This document shows, in pieces, positions 12,430 to 24,466 of a stretch of 41,265 bases of DNA. The notes beneath the pieces are model-generated. The model made no database searches. It had not been told where the DNA came from and saw only the letters and a list, made by a program, of their open reading frames with translations. Origin of the DNA: Balamuthia mandrillaris (Eukaryota); NCBI GenBank assembly GCA_031835245.2, contig JAVKOQ020000062.1:186001-227265 (forward strand), in the 5' to 3' direction. Both the position numbers and the translations under genes were made by a program. Position 1 is the stretch's first letter, and each line of letters starts with the position of its first letter.

Positions 12430-14141
12430 CTAAACAAAAAAAAAGGTAGCAAGAAGCAAGCGCCCTTTGCTCAGTGAGAAACTTGGCGGAGAGCGGCTGC
12501 AATCATCAATGAATTGATGCGGTTCAAATGAGAGTGAGTTAGGCTCGTCTTCAACGTCTTTACAAAGAAGGAAGACTACCCGACCTTTCGCCGGGTGTTT
12601 TCCTGTGAGCTTCGTGCAGAAGGGTTGGGGGCAGTAAGTGCAACGGATGTCTTCTGTCATTTGCAGCACACAAAACTTTTCACCCACTTTGCTTTCCTCT
12701 TCACTTCACTTCCCTGTGGTTCGTTCGTTCGCGAGAGTGAGAGAGAGAGAGTGAGAGAGAGAGAGAGAAAGAGAGAAGCAAAAACGCCAAGGCTGGCACA
12801 GCTGAGATGGAACGCTTGGTACCACCACCTCGCTACCTTCTGCTGAGGAAGAGAGCGTGTAACTGGTTCGTAAGACATTTTGAGGTGTTTTAACTTTTGC
12901 TGAGACGTGATCCCATCACAGCGAACCAAGGAGGACAGACTCAAGCGGTTGGAACGCCTTGTTGCAAACGCAGAGAATAACCATGTCCCCACAGAGGGGT
13001 TCAAACTCGAGGAAGAGTTGAGCACTGGACGGCTGCCGTGCTAAATTGTGGAGAGCGCCTAGCTATTCCTGCACCCCAGTTAAACAAACGCAGCCGTTAG
13101 CACCTCTCCCTTTCTGGCCTCCCCGTTTCCGACCATTGCCCGCGTGCTTCACACAAAGTTTGTCAACGCGTGGAAGAACGCCAAAGTTCGTGTTCGAAAA
13201 GTGGTCCACGAGGAATTCATCGATTTTTTGGAACCCCTCGCTACCCGTCCACATGAGGTGTTTCAACGCAAGCGAGACTATGGCGTCCCGTCCATCCTTT
13301 TGTTCTGCTCCATGGACATCTGACGGGACGCCATAGTCTCGCTTGCGTTGAAACACCTGCCACACATTCAAGAGGTGAAGCATAGCGAAGAACTGGAAGA
13401 AATGATGGAGCGGATAAGGTTCAAGCGTTACTGGAAAGCACAGCTGAGCCAACGATGTAAGGACACGAAGTCCGTAGTCCCTATCAACACTTCAGGAGCA
13501 ATGTACCCCACTGTCCCTTTAAAGCGAATCAGATGCAATGAGGCGAAACGGAAAGCGAAACGAAGGATACAAATAGAAGTGGAAAGAAATTGACAAAAAG
13601 AGAACAATACAAAATGAACAACAGAAGAAGGCCACCACCGCGTAGCCGCAAAGCCTACGGTCGAGAGCTCTACCTTCAAAAGAAACAAGAGGGAGGAAAG
13701 ATAGGAAAAGCGCCTGCGCGAGACGGAATGGAGGTATCAAGCTCGAAAACAACGAGAGCGTGACAAAGCAAGAAGGTAAGGAAGAAGCAAAGACTTCGAT
13801 TCGCCTAGCAGCGTGCCTCAAAATTAAAGCAATTTCACCGGTGAACGCCGTTCACTTAACCGACAAATTCACCACTTCTCCACATGTGCCCATGAAGGCA
13901 CCCGGTGATTTCTGTTGTTGCCCATTTGGGCTTTCTGGTGTTGTTGGTGAACCTCCAATCGGGTCAGCAAGGGTCCAAATATAAACAAGTCAGATCTAGA
14001 AGGGAGAATTAAAGACTCTATAGCCCAATGGGAAACATCGAAAAAGATAAGTCCGTTGTGAGAGTACGGCGACGGAACAAACTCCTTTCTCACCTGGGTG
14101 CACCATGCCGGTCGGTTATAAATAAGTTTGTCCTTAGCCAT
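12430..14141 (-). pseudogene. Decayed/rearranged protein kinase pseudogene
   Basis: Fragments in kinase order: VELSTVGFAAT (degenerate DFG region), GTVGYIAPE, acceptor then VFQRKRDYGVPSDV, later KMSYEPVTR; in-frame stops, inverted duplication, intron-like CT tract at ~12740-12780. Confidence 0.5.
13256..13358. repeat. Perfect 37-bp inverted repeat with 29-nt loop
   Basis: 13256-13292 AGGTGTTTCAACGCAAGCGAGACTATGGCGTCCCGTC is the exact reverse complement of 13322-13358. Confidence 0.95.
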
Positions 14142-14214
14142 TCAAACGTTGTATAGTCTTCTATTCAAACATTACACAAACTCACTACACCTAGTAACAA
14201 ACTCTCCGTAACAA

Positions 14215-15350
14215 ATGGGAAACATCATTGTTGCTCTTTCTGTCACCGTCTTGGCCGGTATGTTGTTTGTTGCTTCTTGCTCTTCTTGTACCTCTTCTGC
14301 TTCTTCTTCTTCCTCCCTTATTATTTGGGCGGTTTGAACACAAGAATATAAGTTCTTTTCTTTGGTGCAGCGCCGGTGTTGGTGAGAGAGGGACAATTCT
14401 CCATCGAGCTCAGCGTCACCAACACCATCGCAGTTCCAGGAGATTGCTCTTGTTTCACTGTACGGTTTCCGCTTCTCCCACAATGTTTTCATCTCCTTTG
14501 CTGCTTCCCTCACCTTCCGATTTGTTTTGAAAGTTCGACGGCAGTTATCCCCAGGGACACGACTGCCCAGGGTCCTCCCCAGCATTGGCCGTTCTTTGGA
14601 ACACCCATGACCACTTCTCCCTTCTCCAAGAACAGCTCTTCCCTGGCACCGTCTGCAACTCCACCGTTTTCCCCGCCGAGGGAAGGTACTTCATCGAACT
14701 GGCAGGACAAAACGTCTCCGGCTTCGTTGAAGTCCCAGACTCTTGTTGCCCTTTTCCAGACGATTACAGCGAAGCGATGGAACACAACTGTTCGGTGACG
14801 GCGTGTTTGGTGGAACATGAACTGCTTCCGGAGTCAGCCAACAACCTCACCCTGAGCTTCTTGTTCCAGAAAGAGGGAGGGGTGGAGGAGAGAGGAACCC
14901 CCTCCCTCCCTCTCTCCTATGCTCTTCTTCCTTTCGCTTCTCCCCCTTCCAATCCAACCGAATGCTCTTATGATTTAGAAGCCGGAAGTCCCTCCAACGA
15001 AACTCTTTGGGTGGAAGGTGGGTCATTGTGCTGTTTTTCCTTTGTGGTGTGTTTTTGTTGTTTGTCCTTGCCATGGTGACCATTCTGCTTTGCTTTGAAC
15101 AATTTCAGTGGCGTGTGGGTTGGAGGAAATGGAGCTCTACGACCAAGCTATGAGCAATCAAGAATGTGCCGCTTGCCCTGCTGACCTCCAGGACGGACTG
15201 TGCGAGACCTGCCCGGAGGATTACGCCCCGGTGGAAGGCTCCTCCGGTCAATGCTTTTACCAGCCCACCCCTGATGAGTCCAGCAGCGACGATGGAGAAG
15301 ATGGAGATGGCGAATCCTCTGCCACCCAACTAAACTCGTTTTGGTTTTGA
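14215..15350 (+). CDS. Secreted/surface Cys-rich acidic protein of unknown function, 4 exons
   Basis: Signal-like MGNIIVALSVTVLA; GT-AG introns link the ORFs 14376-, 14585- and 15108-; CxxC motifs; ends SSATQLNSFWF. Confidence 0.6.
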
Positions 15351-15391
15351 AGGTTTCGAAGACAACGAAGCCAATAATAAACGTCTCCGTT

Positions 15392-15431
<40 letters not shown>

Positions 15432-15510
15432 GTAATGGAACAAAAAAATGAAAGAAAAAAATCGGTAAGGGAGTTATCTTCACGATGCTTGGCATCAAGC
15501 GATAGTTTAT

Positions 15511-18345
15511 TTAAGGGAAGGTGCCCAACTCCTTGTAAGAGAGAGCAATCTTCTCGATGGCACACACAAAGGCAGCCGTCCTCATGCTGCATTTCTATTG
15601 AATGGTTTTGTTTTTGTTTTTGTTTTTTTTTTTTTTTTGTGTAAGCAAAGAGAATAGGGAAAAAACAGCAAGAAGAAGAAGGCAAACCTTTTGTTTGGCA
15701 ATACGCCTGACCTCGGCATAGGCTCCCATCATGGTATCCTCCAAGCCAGAACGGACCAGATCCTGCTCCTCAGCACCAGCACTCAAGGAGGGATCAATGG
15801 CCTCCGCCACGTCGTTCATCTTCGAGAAGTGAGAGATCAGCTTTTCTTTGCTGCGCTGATCGAACCTTCTCTCCAAACGACCCATTCGGACATGGCTCAA
15901 GTTCTTCACCCACTCAAAGTAAGACACAGTGACACCTCCAGCATTGCACAGAATGTCGGGAATGATCAACTTGCCCTTATTGTCCAACATCTCGTCGGCA
16001 GTAGCAGTAACGGGGCCGTTGGCAGCCTCGGCGATGAGCTGAGCCTTGATGTTGAGGGCATTGGAAGTGCTGATCTGGTTTTCTAGGGCGGCCGGGACGA
16101 GAATGTCGCATTGCTCGGTGAGAAGAGAGAGTGGGTCGGAGACCTTGCTGCCACCGGTAAAGTCCACGAATTGCTTCTTGTTGACGTAGACGTGGTTCAT
16201 CAGCTCGTGGATATCAAGGCCTATGATTATCGATTTTGTATTGTGTTAGCAAAACAAGGAAAGTGGGAAGGAGAGAGAGAAGAGGAGAATTGGAAATGAT
16301 TATTCAGAGATAAAAGTTGTTATCACTCACTATCCGGTTAAAAAGATAGTGTCCTAAGGTGTCCTAAGATATTGTGATCTCATCACTTGGGGGGGGGGGA
16401 GAGAGAAACAGAGAGTAAAGATTGGAAAAAGGGCAGAGAAGAGTACCCTCAGGGTTCCACAAGCCGCCATCCTTCTCAGCAATACCAATAACCTTGGCTC
16501 CAGCCTCCGCCAAGAAAAGAGCAGAGAAGCTACCCACATTACCAAAACCTATTTTAGTGTTGTGGTTAGCAAAAGTAAGTGAACAAATAGAAACAAAAGG
16601 AGTGTGTATGTGTGAGTGAAAGCAAGAGTGAAAGGAACCTTGAACAATGACTTTCTTGCCGGCAACGCCAGGGGTAAGATTGATGGCCTTCATATCATCC
16701 TCATAAGAGCAGGCCTCACGAATACAGTAGAACACGCCCAAGCCAGTGGCCTCGTTACGGCCACGGATACCACCCTGAGAAATGGGTTTGCCGGTCACGC
16801 AAGCCACAGAGTTAACCTCCTCCGGGTGGAACGCCTCAAAGGTATCCTTGATCCACGCCATCTCTCGTGGACCTGTTCCCATGTCAGGAGCCGGCTTTAT
16901 TGTTATTTTGTATTTAATTTTTGGTTGGTGTTTGTTAGTTTTAGCATTTTATTCGAAGGTAACAGAATAAAGAAAGAGCAGAAACGACAAGACATACCAC
17001 GTCAATACCGGGGCCAAGCATGTTCTTCTTGATGAGCTCAGAAGCATAACGACGGGTGACGGCTTCCAGTTGAGCAATATTGTAGTTCTTGGGGTTGATC
17101 TTGATGCCTCCCTTGGCTCCTCCAAAGGGAACGTCCACGATGGCACACTTGTAGGTCATCAAACTGGCCAAGGCCATCACCTCCTCTTGGTCCACGTGTT
17201 CGCTGTAACGAATACCTCCCTTGCAGGGAAGACGGTGGTGGCTGTGCTGCACACGGAAGCCCTCGATGACTTCAGTGTCCCATGTTTGTCTCTCCTGTTT
17301 GTGTTTGGTTATAAAGAGAAGGAGAGAGCAAAGAAGGAGAGTGAAGATACCTCATTCCATTGCTTCTTGATGGGGAACTTGACGCGGTAGACAGAGGCGC
17401 ATCTCCTGTAATAAGCGAAAGAGTGAGGATAGAAGGGGAGAGGAGAAAGCGAGGAGGGAGAAACATAGAAGCAAACGGGACAATAACAAACCTCATCAAA
17501 GCGATCTCGGAGTCAGAAAGGCTGGTCAAAGCGGCGGCCTTGTTAATGTTGAAGTTTACGCTGTCCAAGAAAGAAAGCTCTGTGCGTTCGACCAAAAGCG
17601 AAGGCCAAAGGAAGAAGACAGTTAGCCCAAAATAGAGAGAGAACATGTAAAAAAAAATCGAGAAAGGAGATTGGAAATCAGAAGAAAAAGAAGTCCACAA
17701 GTATGCATTCGGACATATGCTTGTCTTATTTTTTCTTAACTCATCTTTGAAATGAAGTAGACAAAAAAAAGAGGAAAAGAAAGGGAAAAGCAAACGAAAC
17801 AGAAGATAAACAACAGAAGATAAAGATGAGGAAAGAAAAAAAGAAAGTGCGAGAGAACGAGAAAAGAGCGCGAGCATGAAGAAAGAAAAGTACCTCTAGG
17901 AGTGGCACTGCTCTTGGTGCGCTGTTGGGCAGCTCCCGCAGCAAAGCTTTATCATATGAATTGTGTGCGTGTGCGTGTGTTTGTGAGTGCGAGGTGAGTT
18001 TCACGAGTAATACTAGGTAATCCGAATCGGATGATTTTTGTCTCCGGCACGAAAAAAAAAACAGGGAGGACGACGAACAAATGTTTTAAAAAAAGGATTA
18101 GGATACCTAGAAGCGCGGCAGAGCTGGCTCTTAGGAAAGGCGTTCACCTTTTGTGGTACAAAAATCAGGTTCAAAAAAAAAACAAACAAACAAGGAGGGG
18201 GGAGCGAGCGTAAATGATGGATTGATTTTTGGTGGTATTTGTTTTTTTTGGTGTTCGGGAAAATGTGGTCGTTAAAATTATACAAAGAGGGGGGCATGCA
18301 CGGTACCATGGGGACGGTGGTGGTGACTTGCGAGAATCTCCTCAT
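15511..18345 (-). CDS. GLUD1: Glutamate dehydrogenase, NAD(P)+-dependent, mitochondrial type, multi-exon with small 5' exons
   Basis: [100 protein letters not shown]; basic N-terminus MRRFSQ. Confidence 0.95.
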
Positions 18346-18980
18346 TTTGTTTGTTTGTTGTTTGTGTGGTTTTTTTTTTAAAAAAAAAAAGAAATATAAT
18401 CTGTTTTCGTTGTTGTTGTTCAATCAATCAATCGTCAGCAAGCAAAAAAAAACACACACACAGAAATGGTTTGATTTTGTTTTTTAAGAAGAAAGGAGGG
18501 CGGGGAATGGGGTACCACAAATCTATGTGCAGGAGGTAGTGTGCAAGAAAGAACACACGCACACCAAAGAGAGGAGGTCAATAATACTTTAAAAAAAAAT
18601 GCCGGAAAGCGCAGAGTTACTAAAGCGGAGCAATGATTTTTTGTCGACGTGAAAGATCTCTGCTAGAGATGAGACAAAGAAAAAGACAACAGGAATGGCC
18701 TTTTTATGGTAAGATAAAGCCTCTGTTTTGATTTTTGATTGGTGGTTTGAAACTTTCAGTAACCGATCAAAGCATTGAGCCGCTTTACAGAGTTACCGCC
18801 CTTTTTTCTTTTTAATTTTTTGTGCAATACTATTTTTTGATGGGGCCTACCTTAAAGAAAAATCAGAGGGTGACCAAAAATGGAAACGCGTGAGGTCGGA
18901 TTGTCGACATTTTATCTGTCTTTAGGAATTCAAAAATACACCTTAATCGAAATTTCGGTATTCGTTCTTCTTCTTCCCTT

Positions 18981-19997
18981 TTACATTCTCGCCTCAGCAT
19001 CTTTCTTCTTACCATCCCCGCTCTCCTTTTGTTGCTGCTGAAGGAGTAGATTATCTATCTTTCGCTGCACATACGGCAGAAAATGCCCCCTGTACCTCTC
19101 CTGTAGCTCTGGAATGGCCCAGTCCGAGCCTCTGATGACTTTTCTGCATAGAGCGCTTTCGCACATGCACTCCAAGTACATTTTGTCGTTGGTCTCACTG
19201 GTGGCGTAGTCGTAGTAGAGCTCCTCCCCGGCGGAGATGTGACGGCGAGCCGCAATGACGTCTTTGTCCAGGAACCAGACGTTTGGATCGCAGGAGTGGT
19301 TGCAGTACCATTCTTCTTTTTGTCGCTCGGTCATTTCGGTGTCTGAGTGATAGCCGCTGTAGAGATCGTCATCTACCTTTTGAGAAGGAGAGAATGGGGG
19401 GACAAGAAGAGGAGAAGAGAAGATGAGTTTTGGTTGGAAGGAAAGAAGGACTCGAATGAAGAGGAAAGAAGAAAGAAGAAAGAAAGAAAGAAGAAGAACG
19501 ACAAAGCCGCGTTACAAAGAACAAAAATGACCAAAAAAACGAATGAAAAAAAAAACGTTTGCTCACTTGATAAGCCAGGCGAAAGAATTTGCGTCTTCTC
19601 TCCCTGGGCCAGCTCAGCACCTCCTCCAACTTGAACTCAAACTTGTGCTGGTCCTCGTGCGGGTACATTATGATCTCTCCTTCCTTGCGAAAAAGGGCAA
19701 TACATAAAAATAACCAGGTAAGAAGAAGAAGAAAAAGAGAAATAAGGTTGAACAAGAAGAAGAAGAAGAAGAACAAGAAGAAGAAGAAGAAGAAGAAGAA
19801 GATGAACAAGAAGTAGAAGAAGAACAACACGTAGAAGAAGAAAAAAGACGCTAACATACCTCAATATCCTCCCGAGCAAACCATGCCTTGCCCTGACCCT
19901 TGGGATAGTCAATGGACTGACGGTCAGCCACCACCTTGGGGCTCAACCCTCGGAACGGCGGTGCACCCAAATCCTTCTTCCCTTCATGGCTGTTCAT
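18981..19997 (-). CDS. Small SET-domain protein-lysine methyltransferase with post-SET cysteines, 3 exons
   Basis: WFAREDIE|EGE, YCNHSCDPN, ISAGEELYYDY, CMCESALCR. Confidence 0.85.
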
Positions 19998-20030
19998 CTT
20001 CTTTGCTGCTCCGCCGAGTTCAATTCTTAG

Positions 20031-20195
20031 TGACGTCATCCAATGACATCCGCTTATGACATCATCATTACCTAAGATAAGCATATATGAGATCATACTT
20101 TCCGATGACATCATGAATTACTGTTTCGAGATAAATCGACGTCATCACGCTCATGTACGATGACATCAGCATTCTCTTCTACGATGACATCAGCA
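20031..20195. promoter_or_regulatory. Bidirectional promoter with a cluster of CRE/ATF-like TGAC(G/A)TCA sites
   Basis: About 8 copies between divergent ATGs at 19997 (-) and 20227 (+). Confidence 0.6.
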
Positions 20196-20226
20196 ACAAA
20201 GCACCAAAAAAAAAAGTAGCAAAGAA

Positions 20227-23200
20227 ATGATGGAAGAAGAAGCAGGAGAGGCGATGTCTGCCCTTCCAGTGGAGCCGATCCCTGGAGGTGGTAGCGGCGG
20301 CAGTGGTGGCGCCAGGCTGATGACAGAAGAAGAGGAAGGAGAAACCACAACCACAGCAACAACGAGGCGAGAAGAGGAGAGAAAGATTTCCCCTCGAGCA
20401 GCTGCTGGTGGTGGAGGGATGCGCGCCAGAAAGGCAGTCGCTGCTGACCAAACGAGAAGAAGCGCTCGCGCCAAAGCCAAACGTTTTGAGGGTGAAGAAG
20501 AAGAAGATGAAGCAGATCAAGAAGACAGGTATACTACCGCTGCGTTCAAATGCATTTCCATCCTTTCGTTTTTTGCTCACTTTTTTTAAAAAAAATCTTG
20601 TAGTGATGAGGACAAAGATAGGAAGAAGAAGAAAAGCAAAAAGGGGGCAAAGAAAGAACTGATGGTGGCGTCCTTTGGTCATAATACTCGTTTTTGGGCT
20701 GCCTTTGTTCCTTGTGCCTTTGTCATATTTGCGCTTGGAGGCAAAACGTAAAAGCTTCTTTCGTCCGTTTCTCTCTCTCTCTCACTCTCTCACACTCTCT
20801 CTCTTTGTTCTTGCGTTTGCTTGATCAAACCATTCTCCTCTCTTGTTTGTTTTGACCCGTTTGGCTACTTTCTGCTTGTTTCTCGCTCTTACTACTTTGA
20901 GATTTCTTCTCTGCTCTTTCTTCTTCCTTTTTCCTTCTCCTTTTACCTTTATAGAATTCTGGGAGTGTCAGTCATAGGGCTGCTTATAGGATACATGTTT
21001 GACATGATGGGAAGCGAACTTGGGTACTGCTTCGTCTGTTACTCTTTGGGCTCGCTTTCTTGTTGTGATCGTTTTATTTTCGTTTCTGCTTTTGTTTTTG
21101 TGTTTGTGTTTGTTTTTCTATTTTGTGGCTAATACAGAATGCAGAATGCTTATTTCGCTTTGGTTCACTTTGGTTGTTTTGCAAGTGGCTCTTGTTCTTT
21201 CTTCAGTTTTCCTGATGCAGTAAGCTCTCTCACCTTTTTTCCTATTCCTTTCTTTTTTGTTTCTCAAAAACATAAGAAAGCAAGAGATAACCTTTATTGA
21301 CCGTTTCTTGAAAGGCAAACGATATGGAATATATTCCTTCTCTTTAACATAGCATTCTTCATCATGTCGGTTGGCATTTGGGCCACTGTTCAATGGACCT
21401 GGCTACAAAAACACCCAACTTATTCTGTTGCTGTTAGGGTAAGCTTTAGACGTTCTGCAGTCTTTGTTCTTCTCTTCTGCTTCTCTACTTTCCTGCTTCT
21501 CTCTTTATCTCTCCATGTTTTAACACGCAACCTACAACTTGAAGGGAATGGAGCGAATGTTGTTCGCCACATTTTGGATTCCATCCATAACGATCCCAAT
21601 GTGGGGCATCATTGCTGTTTCAGGCATGAGCAATGCTCCGTTCTATCTGCTTTTCTTCTTGTTCGTTAGCTATTACCTCTTTGGAATGCCAGTCCACACT
21701 TCCTTTCCACATCTTGGTGACTGTACCTGGACCAAGGACGGCCGATTGAACGTAAAAAGAGAAGAGGAGAAGCTTCACTCTCTCAAATCGGACAAGCAGC
21801 GTGCTACGGAATCTGAACAGTTGAGCGATCCTCAATGTATCTCCTGCTGCCTCTTTTAATCTTCCTCCCTCACTCACTCTGCTCTCTCCTCTCTGCTCTC
21901 TCTCCCTCTCTCTCTCCTGCTCTTCTTTCCTCCTTTTCTTTGTTATTTTCTCTCTTTCTCGTTCTAACTTTGACTTATCACAAAAATCAAATATGGTCTA
22001 GTTTATGTTTGCAACAAATTGGATAACGCAGTACACACAATGATATTCCTTTTTGGCCCTGCGTTATTCCATATCGCCATTCATCATCGCGTCTTGTTCT
22101 CTGGTTGGCTCAACATGTCCAACTTTTTGTTAGTGCTGGGCCTTCCTTTGCTCCTTCTCCGACTTATTTCCAGTAAGTCAAGAAAGCCCCTGTGGTGGAC
22201 AGGTATTTTGCTCGTTCATCTTCCTCTCTTTGGCTTTTGCCCTTTCTCCTTTCCTCCGTCTTGCTTCCTCTCATCATGTTTTCCTTTTGTCAGGTCTTCC
22301 CGAAGAGCGTATGGACCAGTTAGAAACTGCTCTCTCAATATTGAGTACCATCGTCATCGTGGCTTGCTTCGAGTACCGCGTTATCTTTCACTCCTACTAC
22401 CGCTCTATCCCTCTCTCTCCTCCTTGGAATTACATCTTCGTCACAGTGGCTCTCTACTCCTTTGTCGCTCTGATTGGAGCTCACTTTTTAGGTTGGTTGG
22501 GAAGAGGCGACCATCATCGCAAACGCGAAGACTTATTTGTGAGCACGGGAGCAATGAAAACATCGTTGGGAATGTTTCCAGCATTGGTATTGGCTGTTAT
22601 GGGCAGCGCGGCAGCAGTTTTTGCTGTTGGATTGCCTTGGTACTTTAGTCCTTTTGCCTTTGTGGCCGCAGTCAGTCTCGTCTTGTTCTACTTTTTGCGT
22701 CAGTTGCGGGTATTTCTCCTCTACTCTCCTTTTTTCTTCTGCAAATGCCATTAACATTTCCCGCGAATCAGCTCTATCTCGTCTTTGTGGGCAGCACTTC
22801 GGTGTTAGTAGCTTGGTTCGTCCTCAAGTCGTTTTCCTTCCTCAAGTACCACTTTGAGGGCTCTGTTTGGGTGTTCTTCAGCGGCTCCGATGTAAGCACG
22901 TTTGGAGGGTCATCTGTAGCCACCGTCTCTACTTTTATGATTCTTCTCTTTGTGCTTTCCGCTCTATTACCGGGCCTCATGCTGTGGAATCAGTGGGTAG
23001 TGCTCAATAGCTTTGTGTTTGGGCTGCACGCTCTTACAATGACCTCGCTAGAGAGTGTTTTGAGCTCCAATGGCACTGGTAAGTAACTCGATGTGCTCCA
23101 TTACTTTGACTTCTCTGCTTTGCTTTTTTATTGTCTCTACTCTTTTCAACACCCTTTGCAATTATTAGTTTCTATTTTCTATTCTATTTACATGTGTTTT

Positions 23201-24434
23201 TTTTCTACAACAACAAAAAGGCACCTATCCGCCATACCTCGTCATTGGATCTTCTCTGTTGGGCATCTTTCTTACAAAACGGTTGCAAAAGGAGAAGAGG
23301 ATCAATCTGGGCGCTTGTTGGCTGGTCATCGCTCTCCACATTGCAAAACTTTCTCTTCTTCTCCATCAAACTGGAAGTTCCATCCTTTCCACATTCCTCT
23401 TTGTGGCTTCCACTTCGTTTGTGTTTTTCTTCTATTCTGATACGGATTCAACAACAAGAGATGGAATGTCCAAACGGACAGTACGTCCCTCCTTCTCTAC
23501 GCATCTCTCGCTTCTCTCTCTCTCTCTCTCTCTCTCTTTCCTTTACTCATTATGTTCCTGTTCACTTTCTCTTATATCATGTTTCTTTCTTTGATACAGG
23601 GATTAATCAACGCGGCGGTGATAGGAATCGTTGTGGCTGCTATTCATCAAAGCTTCATCGCTCGTCTGGTCACTCTCTTTTCCAATGGAAGAGAGCCCAC
23701 TTCCATTCTTTTGTTTGGTACTTTTTCGTTTCTCATTGCTCTGGTTCTCTCTTTATCTGATTTTTTTTTAATTTGCTGTAACGCCAGCTGCTTGTATGGT
23801 GGCATGGGGTTTGGGTTGCCTCCCCCTCTCGTTCCTCCACTTTAAGGACGTCCCGATCGTGCGCAGCTTAAACCTATTTTTGCTTAGCGGTGGCCTCCTC
23901 GTGACCATGTTCCAGCCTCACGTTGGCTTTTCTTTCTTCGTCGGCGATACCGCTGCTAGCACCGCTTCCCAAAGGTTTCACATTTGTTCTTGCTTTTTTG
24001 TTTTAATTGCTGGTTTAATTTTATTCTGTCTCAACAATATAGGCATACAATGGAATGGCCTCACTGGCTTCTCCTCTCTGCCTTCCTCCTCACCATCGCC
24101 GCTGTGACCAAAGTGCTACCAATCTCTCGCTCCGTCTCTGCTCGCTACCTCTACTCCACTGCTTTGGGTCTATGTTTGGGGCTCTTTGTGAGTGGCGTCT
24201 ACCTGCCTTACAGCCTTCAGCTGTACATCTTTTTCGTGGCGGTATTTGTCTTGACGTCGGCCTTTACTTTTGGGGTCTACTATCCGGCGGCGGGAACGGG
24301 AACACTATTGCCGATGGTTTATACCTGTGTGACAGCACTTTATCCCATCTTATATTTGTTGGCGGGACAGATCTTCGGATCTGTTCCTGGTTTGGTTGGA
24401 GCTGGTTCGTGCATTTTGGTTTTTTGCCTTCCCT

Positions 24435-24466
<32 letters not shown>

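Noticed and set aside
18095..18112. U12-type intron donors (GTATCCTA here; GTATCTTT at ~26243)
   Set aside because: Neither matches RTATCCTT fully and no clear TCCTTAAC branch site was found
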